The notes beneath the pieces were generated by a model. The model worked only from the letters and a program-made list of their open reading frames with translations, ran no database searches and was not told the origin of the DNA. A program made the position numbers and the translations under genes. From an uncultured Hormoscilla sp. (GTDB taxonomy: Bacteria; Cyanobacteriota; Cyanobacteriia; Cyanobacteriales; Desertifilaceae), in the NCBI GenBank assembly GCA_963921275.4, contig OZ001293.3, positions 5,888,001-5,952,000 on the forward strand: a DNA stretch of 64,000 nucleotides, written 5' to 3'. This document shows positions 25,843 through 36,403 of the stretch, in pieces. Each line of letters opens with the position of its first letter. Positions within the stretch are counted from its first letter, which is position 1.

Positions 25843-27021
25843 ATGACCTTAAAACATATAAAGATTATCGGGCATCGTGGAGCCAGTGGCTACCTGCCCG
25901 AAAATACCCTAGCTGCTTTTTCTTTAGCGATCGAGATGGGTGCTAACGCGATCGAACTCGACATTGTCCCCACAAAAGAGAGGGAATTAATAGCCCGTCA
26001 CGAAAACGACATCACCCACACTACCAATATATCACATCTGACTGAATTTAGCGATCGCCTGACCGTCAAAAGCATCAACGGCCAAGAAATAACAGGCTGG
26101 TTTACAGAAGATTTCACTTTAGCAGAAATCAAAACCCTCACAGCGAAAGCACCTCCCGATCGCCAACTTGGGTACAATTTAAAGCCTGCGCAGGCAGGCT
26201 TTGTAACTGTAGCCCCACCCTTTAGGGTTGGGGCTCCCGATCGCCAACTTGGGTACAATTTAAAGCCTGCGCAGGCAGGCTTTGTAACTGTAGCCCCACC
26301 CTTTAGGGTTGGGGCTCCCGATCGCCAACTTGGGTACAATTTAAAGCCTGCGCAGGCAGGCTTTGTAACTGTAGCCCCACCCTTTAGGGTTGGGGCGGCG
26401 GCGGTGGGGGCGGAGGTGGGGGCGGTAGTGCCGACATTACAGGAAGTTATCGATCTAGTCAAGCATCAAAGGACAGCTGCCGGGCGGGCGATCGGGCTTT
26501 ACATAGAAATCAAGCATTCTACCTATTTTAGAACAATGGGGCTGCCAATCGAAGAGCCTTTAGTAGAAATATTGGAAAAGAATGGATACAGGACAGCGGA
26601 TGCCCCGATTTTTCGCGCAGCGATCGCGATCGAATCCTTTGAAAGCGAGAGCCTCAAACACCTGCATCAACTTACCCAAGTACCTCTCGTGCAGCTGCGC
26701 CAGGACTTGACATCAGCATCAGAATTAGCTAATATAGCCGAGTATGCTGTAGGATTAGCAGCCTACAAACGTTTAATTGTCCCCACTGACGAACGGGGAC
26801 ATCTGTTAGCGCCTACCTCATTAATTCAGGATGCCCATCAAGTTAATCTAAAGGTGTATAGCTGGACATTTAGAAATGAAAAAATCTATCTCGCCCCCGA
26901 GTACAAAGGTAACCCACAAGCAGAATACGAGCAATTCCTGCTCTTAGGATTAGATGGAGTGTTTAGCGACTTCCCAGATACCGCAGTCTCAGTGCGCGAT
27001 CGGTTCCATCCTTCGCAGTAA
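25843..27021 (+). CDS. Glycerophosphodiester phosphodiesterase with an in-frame repeat insertion
   Basis: IIGHRGASGYLPENTL, IELDIVPTK, ARHE, YIEIKH, GVFSDFPD. Confidence 0.9.
   Translation: MTLKHIKIIGHRGASGYLPENTLAAFSLAIEMGANAIELDIVPTKERELIARHENDITHTTNISHLTEFSDRLTVKSINGQEITGWFTEDFTLAEIKTLTAKAPPDRQLGYNLKPAQAGFVTVAPPFRVGAPDRQLGYNLKPAQAGFVTVAPPFRVGAPDRQLGYNLKPAQAGFVTVAPPFRVGAAAVGAEVGAVVPTLQEVIDLVKHQRTAAGRAIGLYIEIKHSTYFRTMGLPIEEPLVEILEKNGYRTADAPIFRAAIAIESFESESLKHLHQLTQVPLVQLRQDLTSASELANIAEYAVGLAAYKRLIVPTDERGHLLAPTSLIQDAHQVNLKVYSWTFRNEKIYLAPEYKGNPQAEYEQFLLLGLDGVFSDFPDTAVSVRDRFHPSQ
26153..26395. repeat. 81-bp tandem repeat x3 containing a REP-like palindrome
   Basis: Three identical units. The AGCCTGCGCAGGCAGGCTTTG..TGTAGCC core is also intergenic near 41398 and 59062. 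Confidence 0.95.
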
Positions 27022-27067
27022 AATGCTTGTAATTAGCCATCCGCCATTCACTATTCGCAATTAGCAT

Positions 27068-27640
27068 TCACTTGCCCATATTGCGCTTCATTTGTTCTAG
27101 TTCGTCATCCATTTCCCATTGGCGAAACTTCTCCAGTAAAGGATCTGCTTTGCTATCAAAACTATAACTTTTGTTCCAACCTGGCAGTGTTTGCTTCTGA
27201 GATGTTTTGGCCCGATGACGTTCCGCTTCCACCTGAGTAGCTTTAACTCGCACTTCTTTCAAGCGTTCCTTAATTTTACGATAAAGAACCTTCGCTTGTT
27301 CGATGCGTTCTTTGCACCCTTGCATCTTACCCCACAGTTGATTTCCTTGACGTAGCAGGGCCGCTTCCCTTTCTGCCGCTGCTTCGGCCAAATCTAACCT
27401 TCCTTTCTCCCGCGCCTTATTTACCCAGTTATGCCAGCGCTGGATTTCTTGAGCTGTAGTCAGTATCTCATCCTGCAATTTCTTTTCTTGCTTTTGTAAA
27501 TCGGCAATCAATCGCAAGGTATCTTCGTCTTGCTGTTGCAATTGTTCTTCTAAGATTGATAGCTCTAAATGCGGATTCTTACTGAGAAAATCATCTAATC
27601 TGTTCTCAAAAAAACGGCTGAAATCTTCAAATATGCCCAC
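27068..27640 (-). CDS. TIGR04376-like (PspA-related) coiled-coil protein
   Basis: MGIFEDFSRFFENRLDDFL..ALLRQGNQLWG..DPLLEKFRQWEMDDEL. Confidence 0.8.
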   Translation of the reverse strand: MGIFEDFSRFFENRLDDFLSKNPHLELSILEEQLQQQDEDTLRLIADLQKQEKKLQDEILTTAQEIQRWHNWVNKAREKGRLDLAEAAAEREAALLRQGNQLWGKMQGCKERIEQAKVLYRKIKERLKEVRVKATQVEAERHRAKTSQKQTLPGWNKSYSFDSKADPLLEKFRQWEMDDELEQMKRNMGK

Positions 27641-27732
27641 TTTTACAACTCCTATAATAACCGACCCGGGCAGGCGGATCGCCCGTCCTACGTTCCGACC
27701 CGGGCAGGCGATCCGCCCTACAGGCTACGCTA

Positions 27733-28982
27733 TCATAACTTCTGTCCTACATAGATTGAGCGCAGTTGGCCATTTCTCCCCACGATCGCCTCTTGTTGTG
27801 AGATATTCACTAATGTCCAGCCACTCTCTCCAATATTGTCTCCCACTCGGAAGGAATGGGTCACTCCATCAATATCAAATAAGACCGTAGACCGATCGCC
27901 CAATTCTAGAATTCCTACCAGAGTCTGAGTAGCATTTGATGTCACTGGTGGCGGGTCGGGCGCCACTGGGGTAAGTAAGGATATGGGCGCGATCGCGGTT
28001 GGTCCGGACGGCAGCGGGACTATATTCGATAATGGGGGCGGGGGTGGTAGCACCGCTACATCCGATGATGAGGGAGGGGGATGTAGGGGTAGGGGAGATG
28101 GCTGCGATCGCGTCCAGCGCGCGATGCAGGCCGCAGGGGCTGAATATAGACTCTTTCCAGCACTGTCGGCAGCCAGTTAAGCCCTGAAAACTGCCTGTTG
28201 GTCGCTAATTCAGGAGAGATTTTATTAGTCTTAGCCGGAGGACCTGGCAGAGTCGCGACTTGTTGGCGCTGCCGTGCGTTTTGGTCGATCGCGTAGCGTG
28301 CGCGCAGCGCAATCGATGCCAGAGTTTGCTGCATATATTGCGCGAACCGGGCATCGGCATCGGCTTCGATCCGTGCCTGTATCTCTTCCCTGGACGGACC
28401 CACAACATCTCTACCCGATACAAACAAACTCTGCCACCCTTGCCCCTCTATTACTCCCGGTCTCGCCAGCCATAATAACAATGGTACCCCCAGGCAGGTC
28501 GAGACTAGCAGCAACAGTAGCTTCCTCACCGACCGATCGATGTCTCCGGAGACATCGCCTACTGGTTTTGCCGTTCTGCTTTCCGAGGTACTGCTGTTTT
28601 CCTCACCAGCGATCGGCCTGTCTATTGCGGATGTAGAAGTAACCCTTTCTATTTCCCCACTGCTTTTTATTTCCTCAGTCAACGCCGACTCTTCTGCTGG
28701 CGTCCTTTGTACAACTAGCGGTTCGACTTCCCTCACCGCAAGTGACTCTTGGGGGGAATGGGGCGCTAGTGGCAGGCCGATGGACTGCATATCCATCGGC
28801 TGCAAATATAGGTATTCTGGTTGTACTGGCTCTTTATGAAGGGCTGTGCCGCCATTTAGCACCCGATCGATGTCTTCAAATAGATCTTCCATCAACCGAT
28901 CGGCCTCTGCTTCCATCGACCAGGGTTCCAGGGGGAGGGCCAGTGTGGGCTTCTGGTGGTTATCGTTGGCATCTTCAAGCAT
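27733..28982 (-). pseudogene. Conserved cyanobacterial membrane protein with a T2SS/pilus-type C-terminal beta domain, frameshifted
   Basis: ADRLMEDLF N-terminus, a TM helix and a Pro-rich linker; TLVGILELGDRS..IGESGWTLV lies in a second frame. Confidence 0.65.
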
Positions 28983-29088
28983 AGATGACTTATTCTAGTC
29001 TAGGACTGCTGTCTATTGTATATTTTCGATAGCAGAAGATAATTCCCATACCAATCTGCCCTAGACTTTAGCATCTGACAACTGTCTT

Positions 29089-30996
29089 TCACGCCATTGC
29101 TAGCTGGCGAGAACGCATCTCCAGATACACCAGCAAAGCGTTAATATCAGCGGGGTTAACCCCACCCATGTGGGACGCTTGACCGATGGTGAGGGGTTTT
29201 ACCCGAGCCAGTTTTTCTCGGGACTCCTTCGAGAGTGTCTCTATTGCCATGTAATCTAGGTCTGCCGGTAGCTTCCGGTTCGCGGCCCTGACAATTTGGT
29301 CGATCTGATTTTGCTGACGCTGGATGTAACCTGCGTATTTGATGTCTATTTCTGCTACTTCTTTTTCCGCTAACACCAGTTGGGAGTTCCCCAGTCCATA
29401 GCGCTCTAGGTCATCGTAGTGGATGCCCGATCGCCTGAGCAACTCTGCCAGAGTAATAGAACCTTTGATTTTTTGTTGGGTATCGGCGGCTATTTTCTGC
29501 CCCACTGGATCCTGTTCTTTCAGCCGCGTTCCCTGTAAACGTTCCTTCTCGGCGGCTATCTTAGCATACTTGCTCGTAAATAACGAGTAGCGCCGATCGT
29601 CTATTAAACCCACGTCTCTTCCCCGAGGCGTCATCCGCAGATCCGCATTATCCGATCGCAGCAGCAAGCGATACTCTGAACGGGAAGTCAGCATCCGGTA
29701 GGGTTCCCGCAAATCTTTAGTACAGAGGTCGTCTATTAAAGTGCCAATATAACTGGTTTCTCGGGGGAAGACTAACATCTCTTGACCTCGGACCAACTGC
29801 ACCGCATTTATGCCCGCTACAATACCTTGGGCCGCCGCTTCTTCATAACCCGTGGTGCCGTTTATCTGTCCCGCACAGAATAACCCCGAAATCTTCTTAG
29901 TCATCAGAGTCGGATAGCACTGAGTTGCGGGCAGATAGTCATATTCTACTGCATAGGCGGGACGCAGCATGATGCAATTTTCCAAACCCGGCAGACTGCG
30001 CAGCAAATGCAACTGCAAATTTTCTGGCAACCCGGTGGAAAATCCCTGAATATAGAGTTCGGGAATATCTCTCCCTTCCGGTTCGATAAATATCTGATGG
30101 GACTGCTTATCAGCAAAACGGACTATTTTATCTTCAATGCTAGGACAATAGCGCGGTCCCTTAGCATCTACCCAACCCCCATAAACTGGAGACAAATGCA
30201 GATTTTCCCTAATTAAGCGATGAGTTTCGGCAGTCGTCCGGGTAATATAGCAGTGCATTTGTTCCCGTTCTACCCAGACTTCCGGGTCAAAGCTGAACCA
30301 CCGCACTTCGGGATCTCCCGGTTGGGGTTGTATCTTGCTGTAGTCAACAGAACACTTATCCACCCGGGCGGGCGTTCCTGTTTTCAGGCGTCCCGTTTCA
30401 AAACCTAATTGGTTGAGAGTTTCTGTCAGACCTACTGCTGCAAATTCTCCCGCCCGGCCTGCGACCATGGACTTATTTCCCACCCATATCTTACCACCCA
30501 GGAAGGTGCCCGTGGTCAGAATAACTGCCTGACATTGGAATGCCACCTCGAAGTATGTCTGGACCCCTATTATATCATCATTTGCACCCAGCACTAAGTC
30601 CGTGACCATTGCTTCGCGAACTGTCAAATTTGTTTGGTTCTCGACTATGCGCTTCATTACTGCTGAGTATTCCCGCTTGTCCGTTTGGGCCCGTAACGCC
30701 CAGACTGCTGGTCCCCGAGAAGAGTTCAGTACCCGCTTTTGCAGGTAGGTGCGATCGGCCATTTTGCCAATTTCCCCTCCCAGGGCATCCACCTCATGAG
30801 TAAGTTGAGATTTTGCGGGTGCGCCTACCGCTGGGTTACAGGGTTGCCAAGCTATTTTATCCAGGTTGAGTGTTAGTAGGAGGGTACGACAACCCAGGCG
30901 GGCGGAAGCGAGGGCCGCTTCGCAGCCTGCATGTCCCGCACCGACTACAATGATGTCAAAAGCGTCTTGGAATTCTACTGGCCCGTTCATGGTCAT
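29089..30996 (-). CDS. mnmG: tRNA uridine-5-carboxymethylaminomethyl(34) synthesis enzyme MnmG
   Basis: [44 protein letters not shown]. Confidence 0.98.
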   Translation of the reverse strand: MTMNGPVEFQDAFDIIVVGAGHAGCEAALASARLGCRTLLLTLNLDKIAWQPCNPAVGAPAKSQLTHEVDALGGEIGKMADRTYLQKRVLNSSRGPAVWALRAQTDKREYSAVMKRIVENQTNLTVREAMVTDLVLGANDDIIGVQTYFEVAFQCQAVILTTGTFLGGKIWVGNKSMVAGRAGEFAAVGLTETLNQLGFETGRLKTGTPARVDKCSVDYSKIQPQPGDPEVRWFSFDPEVWVEREQMHCYITRTTAETHRLIRENLHLSPVYGGWVDAKGPRYCPSIEDKIVRFADKQSHQIFIEPEGRDIPELYIQGFSTGLPENLQLHLLRSLPGLENCIMLRPAYAVEYDYLPATQCYPTLMTKKISGLFCAGQINGTTGYEEAAAQGIVAGINAVQLVRGQEMLVFPRETSYIGTLIDDLCTKDLREPYRMLTSRSEYRLLLRSDNADLRMTPRGRDVGLIDDRRYSLFTSKYAKIAAEKERLQGTRLKEQDPVGQKIAADTQQKIKGSITLAELLRRSGIHYDDLERYGLGNSQLVLAEKEVAEIDIKYAGYIQRQQNQIDQIVRAANRKLPADLDYMAIETLSKESREKLARVKPLTIGQASHMGGVNPADINALLVYLEMRSRQLAMA

Positions 30997-31213
30997 TGGT
31001 AATCTTGATTATTATATTTCTCGTTCCCAGTCTCTGGCTGGGAACGGCCTATGGCTGCGCCACGCTGCGCGATGGGGAGGCTCTGCCTCCAGCTTTTATA
31101 ATTATAGCTGCTATAATTATATTCGTCCAGCAACCTCGCTCTGCCCGACAATCTGCCAAGGGCCGATCGGGGGACAGGTGCAGGTAAGATAAAAGGAAGT
31201 TGTTATGACAAAG

Positions 31214-31598
31214 AGGACCAGTCAGATGTGAAGCGCAAGCTACGAGCGGGAAAGATGGCCCAAGAAGCTAAAGCCTAGGGTAATGCCTAGGATACGCCGA
31301 CGTGGGTCGGTGATAGTAGGAAGTCTTGGGTAAAAGTAGCTCTAAACGCTATAAGCCCATCGCCAGAGGTGATGAGGAATGGGCGGTGTCTTCCGCATGC
31401 TCTTGTCCTGAAGGACAAGAGCATGCGGAAGACGCCGGGTGAAAAGGAGCCAAATTACATGAGACAAGGGACAAGGGGAGTAATCCCGAAGTTACCTGCC
31501 CATGACAAGGGCCTATTACCCAGTAGCCTCCTGCGGTAAAGAGAGTCCGGTTCCGCTCTTGGAGGGTCGGGAGGCGACAATGCGGCTCGGGCCCGACT
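31214..31598 (+). mobile_element. Group II intron remnant (DII-DVI, 5'-truncated, degenerate DV)
   Basis: Colinear with the 3' half of 43359-44229 (GATGGCCCAAGAAGC, ACGTGGGTCGGTGATA, TACCCAGTAGCC, GGAGGGTCGGGA). Confidence 0.8.
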
Positions 31599-31726
31599 TA
31601 TATATAGACAAAATCAAGGGTTTCAGCCTTTTTTATCGTTCCTAAATGTATGCCGAAATACATTTTACACTACAAACCCAGAAGAGCCCCTAATAGCATA
31701 GGTTTCCAGAACGGAGCACTGTCCAG

Positions 31727-31938
31727 CTGAGACAAAAATATCTCAAAATTATAGGTAATAACCCTCATGCCGAATCTAGCACAATCGATTAATGTATATT
31801 GTAGTCGAAGGACAGGTTCCTAGACCAAAATACTGAGACAAAAATATCTCAAAATCATAGGTAATAACTCTTATACCGAATCTAGCACAATCGATTAATG
31901 TATATTGTAGTCGAAGGACAGGTTCCTAGACCAAAATA
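31727..31938. repeat. 106-bp tandem duplication
   Basis: Two near-identical units starting CTGAGACAAAAATATCTC. Confidence 0.9.
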
Positions 31939-32111
31939 CTGGAACTAGGAAAGAATCCCTGTCTCAGCGATGTAAGAGAAAGAGGAGTAGTACCCCCTAT
32001 TACCCAATCACAGGATCTTTGTTGAAGGGGATGGGTCTGATACCAAATTGGTTTGGCTCTAGGAGGGTTCAACCCCTGGCTAATTGTTGTATTTTACGGC
32101 GATTATGAATT

Positions 32112-32546
32112 ATGGAACCTTTAACGATGGCGGCTGTAGCTATTGGAACTGTATTAGCTACGAAAGCATTGGAAAAAACAGGAGAAAAAGTTGGAGAAGC
32201 AGTATTTGACCAGACTGCAAAGTTTCTAGAATCGCTCAAGCAAGAGTCTCCAGGTACTATGATAGCCATTGAGCAGGCTCCAGAACTACCTTTAGATTAT
32301 GGTAAAGCAGTGCTGGAGATAGAAGCAGCAGCAAAAATCAATCCTCAACTTGCCCAAGGGATGCAGGAATTGGTAACAACAGCAGAAGCTGAGGGAAATC
32401 CCAAGCTAGATGAAGTTCTCCAAGAAATTAAAGATACGCTGAATGATCGACAAGCATCCATGTCTAAATTGGATAAATTTGCAGATAAAATCGGGCAATT
32501 TGTCCAAGCTGGCAGTACGGGTAAAATTGAACATCAGAGCTTTTAA
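32112..32546 (+). CDS. Small helical protein (Bell-domain-like) with a C-terminal motif shared with the next gene
   Basis: Hydrophobic N-terminal helix MEPLTMAAVAIGTVLATKALEK; C-terminus FADKIGQFVQAGSTGKIEHQSF. Confidence 0.75.
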   Translation: MEPLTMAAVAIGTVLATKALEKTGEKVGEAVFDQTAKFLESLKQESPGTMIAIEQAPELPLDYGKAVLEIEAAAKINPQLAQGMQELVTTAEAEGNPKLDEVLQEIKDTLNDRQASMSKLDKFADKIGQFVQAGSTGKIEHQSF

Positions 32547-32710
32547 TTAAAAGTTGTTTGCGCCAGTTATTGATGCTAGGCCGCCCTCCTGGAAGTTATA
32601 GCAAGCCCAAATGATTTGGGAGGGCGGTTATCGCTGAAGGATTTAGGCTAGGGTTATTGAATGTCGAAAATGGGGGGATGTAAGATATATTGGGAAAATT
32701 GGTATTAGCT

Positions 32711-34048
32711 ATGAATAGAGAATATGGTAATTTTGCTGATAAAATAGGTGCTTTCGCTGCTCCAGGCGGTAAAGTTCATATTGAAAACCAAACTATTATT
32801 GTTTCCGAGCAGGATGGGAGGAGCGAAGGACGGAGAGACTGGCAATCAATCAATGCTGGAATGCTCAATACGGTAATCACTGGCAATTATCTGTACAAAC
32901 CAGTGCAGAAGCAGCAGTGTGAGAAGGAAGATTTCTTGAGGGAAAGAATAGCCCAAGAAAAAACCAAGGGAAAGGAAATTGCTTTGATTGGGGAAATGGG
33001 TGTGGGTAAAACTATGCTGGTCCAGGAGATTACAGAATGTGAGTTGGAGCAAAAGTTAGGCTTGGAGGTCGAAAATTTGATAGCAGAAAGAGTAGAAAAT
33101 ATGGGCAAAAAATATCAGGTGAATATCGCCGAGTTAGTGCAACAGTATGATCGATGGGAATTAACTAGCAGGGAAGCAGCAGAAAGATTAGGGAAAATTG
33201 ACACGGTATCGACGATCGCGGGATTAGTGCAACTGCTCCAGAAGACGAGAAATGAAGAAACCCGCAGAAAAGTAGCAGAAATATTAGGGGAAATAGGGAA
33301 GGGGGATTCAGAGGCGATCGCGGGATTAATGCAACTGCTCCAGGATACTAGAAATGAAAACACGCGCCAGGAAGTAGCACGAAGCTTGGGGAACATTGGC
33401 AATGGTGACTCAGAGGCGATCGCGGGATTAGTGCAACTGCTCCAGAAGACGAGAAATGAAGAAACCCGCAGAAAAGTAGCAGAAATATTAGGGGAAATAG
33501 GGAAGGGGGATTCAGAGGCGATCGCGGGATTAGTGCAACTGCTCCAGGATACGAGAAATGAAAACACGCGCCAGGAAGTAGCACGAAGCTTGGGGAACAT
33601 TGGCAATGGTGACTCAGAGGCGATCGCGGGATTAGTGCAACTGCTCCAGAAGACGAGAAATGAAGAAACCCGCAGAAAAGTAGCAGAAATATTAGGAAAA
33701 ATAGGGAAGGGGGATTCAGAGGCGATCGCGGGATTAGTGCAACTGCTCCAGGATACGAGAAATGAAAACACGCGCCAGGAAGTAGCACGAAGCTTAGGGA
33801 ACATTAGCAATGGTGACTCAGAGGCGATCGCGGGATTAGTGCAACTGCTCCAGGATACGATTAATAAAGAAACTCACAGTCAAGTAGCAGAAATCTTAGG
33901 AAAAATTGGCAATAGTTCCTTAGAAACTATCGCAGCTTTACTGGAACTGTTACAGTCATCTCAAGAAGAAGTAAACAACTGGAAATTAGGAGCAAGTTTG
34001 GGATTTTTTGGCATCGGATCTCGGTCTGCGATCTCGGCTTTAGAATAA
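32711..34048 (+). CDS. HEAT/PBS-lyase repeat protein with a truncated NACHT-like P-loop
   Basis: IALIGEMGVGKT, then alternating 35-aa repeats (IGxGDSEAIAGLVQLLQ; 210-bp period). Confidence 0.8.
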   Translation: MNREYGNFADKIGAFAAPGGKVHIENQTIIVSEQDGRSEGRRDWQSINAGMLNTVITGNYLYKPVQKQQCEKEDFLRERIAQEKTKGKEIALIGEMGVGKTMLVQEITECELEQKLGLEVENLIAERVENMGKKYQVNIAELVQQYDRWELTSREAAERLGKIDTVSTIAGLVQLLQKTRNEETRRKVAEILGEIGKGDSEAIAGLMQLLQDTRNENTRQEVARSLGNIGNGDSEAIAGLVQLLQKTRNEETRRKVAEILGEIGKGDSEAIAGLVQLLQDTRNENTRQEVARSLGNIGNGDSEAIAGLVQLLQKTRNEETRRKVAEILGKIGKGDSEAIAGLVQLLQDTRNENTRQEVARSLGNISNGDSEAIAGLVQLLQDTINKETHSQVAEILGKIGNSSLETIAALLELLQSSQEEVNNWKLGASLGFFGIGSRSAISALE

Positions 34049-34184
34049 CTTATCTCGTCGTATATATTGGAAATAATATTTGCATAATTAGCAGGTATTC
34101 TATAGAGATCCTAAATACTAGTGTAGAAGCTTGCTACGGGCGGCGGAGCCGCGAAAATTGGTTGCTAGTCTGGAGACTAGCAAA

Positions 34185-34384
34185 TTATGCTTCAACGAGG
34201 GCTGGTCCCTCGACTTTTATCTCCCAAACGCTGCAAAGACTTACTTTCCGACCTACTCAACCCGAGCAAAAATGGCAATTTTTCCTTGATGGTAGCGATG
34301 GCGGCGAGAACAGCCAGTTTATCTTCAGGGGATAAACTGGCACTAATGCGATTTTCGGTCATCTTCTCCAACTCCGAGGGATGA
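34185..34384 (-). pseudogene. Internally deleted copy of the 160-aa gene cassette
   Basis: MTENRISASLSPEDK..RLGDKSRG is fused to the cassette tail motif GAGGGACCAGCCCTCGTTGAAGC. Confidence 0.85.
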
Positions 34385-34396
34385 ATAAAAATCAAT

Positions 34397-34551
34397 TATA
34401 GCGTTTCTCAAATTGATGTGGTATCGCCTATTTGTCATTGCGATTTTTCGCGCAGCGTGGGGGGGAGACTAGCGAGTAACTTATGCTTGATGAGCTACCC
34501 CCCCGAAGCAATCTCCGAGAGCATATCACACTAAGAAATAGAACTGCTATA
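34397..34551. mobile_element. TA-ended MITE
   Basis: TATAGCGTTTCTC..GAACTGCTATA; homologous to 12716-12983. Confidence 0.65.
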
Positions 34552-34816
34552 TAACCTCACGGCCCTAATTTCCCCACCCCCAGGGAAAGCATAGCATGTA
34601 AAAGCCTGATGGTGAAAATTTTCGATTTTTCGCGTAGCGTGGGTTGGAGCCCGAGAAGAGCTGGGAGTACAGTGTCAATTTCGCCCTTGTGAAGTGCTAA
34701 TATTATACAGAAATCATCCCTCTGAGTAATCACAGGTAATGTAGAGTAAAATATCTAGGAAAGATCGGGAATAAGAAAAGAGATATGACAGAAACTTGGA
34801 TATAGTATAGGAGATT

Positions 34817-35539
34817 TTGCTCGTGATTTACCAGATAAAAAACAGCCCGCTAGATAATTCTCTAGGTTGGACCGAAAATCGGAAAACGCCTCCCCTGGAA
34901 AGTGGCGATCGCCTCTCACGTCCAGAATTTGAGCGTCGCTACGCAGCCATGCCCGAAGGTCAAAAAGCAGAACTAATTGAAGGAGTAGTATACTTGGCAT
35001 CACCATTACGCTTTGAGAGTCATGCTGAACCCCACGCATCAATTATTACCATGCTGGGAATTTATCAAATCAGTACCCCTAGAGTCAGGTTAGGAATTGA
35101 GCCGACGGTACTGCTGGATCTAGACAACGAACCTCAGCCTGATGGAGTTTTGCTTTTGGACGAAAGGGTAGGAGGGCGATCGCGTTTGCTGGAGTCAGAT
35201 TACATTGAAGGAGCACCGGAACTGGTAGTAGAAGTAGCAGCTAGCAGTGCTGCTAGGGACTTGCACGACAAGCAGCGGGCTTATCGGCGCAACGGCATTC
35301 AAGAATACATTGTTTGGCAGATTTTTGAGAACCAGCTAGACTGGTGGCAGCTAGTGGATGGGGAATATGTGGCCCTGGAACGAGACTCGGAAGGTATAAT
35401 AAAGAGTCAGGTATTCCCAGGATTGTGGTTGGATGTATTGGCATTGCTGGATGGAAACATGAGTCAGATAATGGGGGTATTGCAGCAAGGATTGAATTCC
35501 CCAGAACATGATAATTTTGTGCGCCGCTTGTCCGAGTAA
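34817..35539 (+). CDS. Uma2-family endonuclease
   Basis: PPLESGDRL, KAELIEG, NEPQPD, GAPELVVEVAASS, IQEYIVW. Confidence 0.92.
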   Translation: MLVIYQIKNSPLDNSLGWTENRKTPPLESGDRLSRPEFERRYAAMPEGQKAELIEGVVYLASPLRFESHAEPHASIITMLGIYQISTPRVRLGIEPTVLLDLDNEPQPDGVLLLDERVGGRSRLLESDYIEGAPELVVEVAASSAARDLHDKQRAYRRNGIQEYIVWQIFENQLDWWQLVDGEYVALERDSEGIIKSQVFPGLWLDVLALLDGNMSQIMGVLQQGLNSPEHDNFVRRLSE

Positions 35540-35653
35540 GAACGATAAGCAGTAGGTTGGGTTTCGTGCCTCAACCCAACCGATAAATGTTGTTGGCGTT
35601 GAACAGGGAGTGCGATCGAGCCCTCTGAGTAATAACCGGTAATGTAGCGGAAA

Positions 35654-35815
35654 ATGTCTAGCAAAGATCCTGAAAACGTCCACGTTGCCACAGATCGGCA
35701 AAAGTGTCGGGATATGGCACGCAAGTATAGATGGAAACTAAAAGCAATTAGACCAACACGCGATCGCATTCTGAAAGTTGATTGCGTGTTCGATGGAGAA
35801 CAAACTTCATTTTAG
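35654..35815 (+). CDS. Small hypothetical protein (53 aa), not in the ORF track
   Basis: MSSKDPENVHVATDRQKCRDMARKYRWKLKAIRPTRDRILKVDCVFDGEQTSF, directly upstream of the next gene. Confidence 0.5.
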   Translation: MSSKDPENVHVATDRQKCRDMARKYRWKLKAIRPTRDRILKVDCVFDGEQTSF

Positions 35816-35825
35816 GAAGAGAGAT

Positions 35826-36194
35826 ATGACTGAAACTTGGATAATTTACAAAGCGGAAACAATTGAGGATCCAGAATGGGAAAAACGCCAACTGATGCCC
35901 TCTGGCTCTCTGACTGATATACTATGGGAAAACTGGGATTATTCTGGAAGCTTGCCAGCAGTGGGCGATCGCATACGAGAATACTTACAAGATAAAGAAA
36001 CCGGAAAAGTTACCCACGCCCGGGATGGAGATTGGGTAGTAACGCAGATGCATCAGTTTAACTCCATTAACACGGAGATGCGCATCGTCGTTTGTTATTG
36101 CCAGTTCCAAGCGATCGACCGCCAATGGGAACAGTTGCAACGGGGCAAACCTGTAGATGAAATCCTATCTGCTGAAGTTGTAGAAGTTAGGTGA
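35826..36194 (+). CDS. Hypothetical protein
   Basis: MTETWIIYKAE..LTDILWENWD..GDWVV..IVVCYC; purine-rich upstream sequence. Confidence 0.7.
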   Translation: MTETWIIYKAETIEDPEWEKRQLMPSGSLTDILWENWDYSGSLPAVGDRIREYLQDKETGKVTHARDGDWVVTQMHQFNSINTEMRIVVCYCQFQAIDRQWEQLQRGKPVDEILSAEVVEVR

Positions 36195-36403
36195 ATTTCA
36201 TATCTTGCACCATTGGAAATAAGCCCTACGGCCCTGGAGTTTTTGTTCGCGATCGCCCTATCGCTTGATAGACATGATATACTATCAACTAATGCCTGTC
36301 AAGTGATACAGCCTGATGGTATTCGTCATAATCAGAATCTCTATGCTATAATCAAGTCAGAGGAGGTCGGAGTAAAATCACGTCATCAACTCCGCATCAG
36401 TAA

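Noticed and set aside
33115..33810. Long antisense ORFs over the HEAT, TPR, MCP and CheA genes
   Set aside because: They are shadow frames of repetitive or biased coding sequence.
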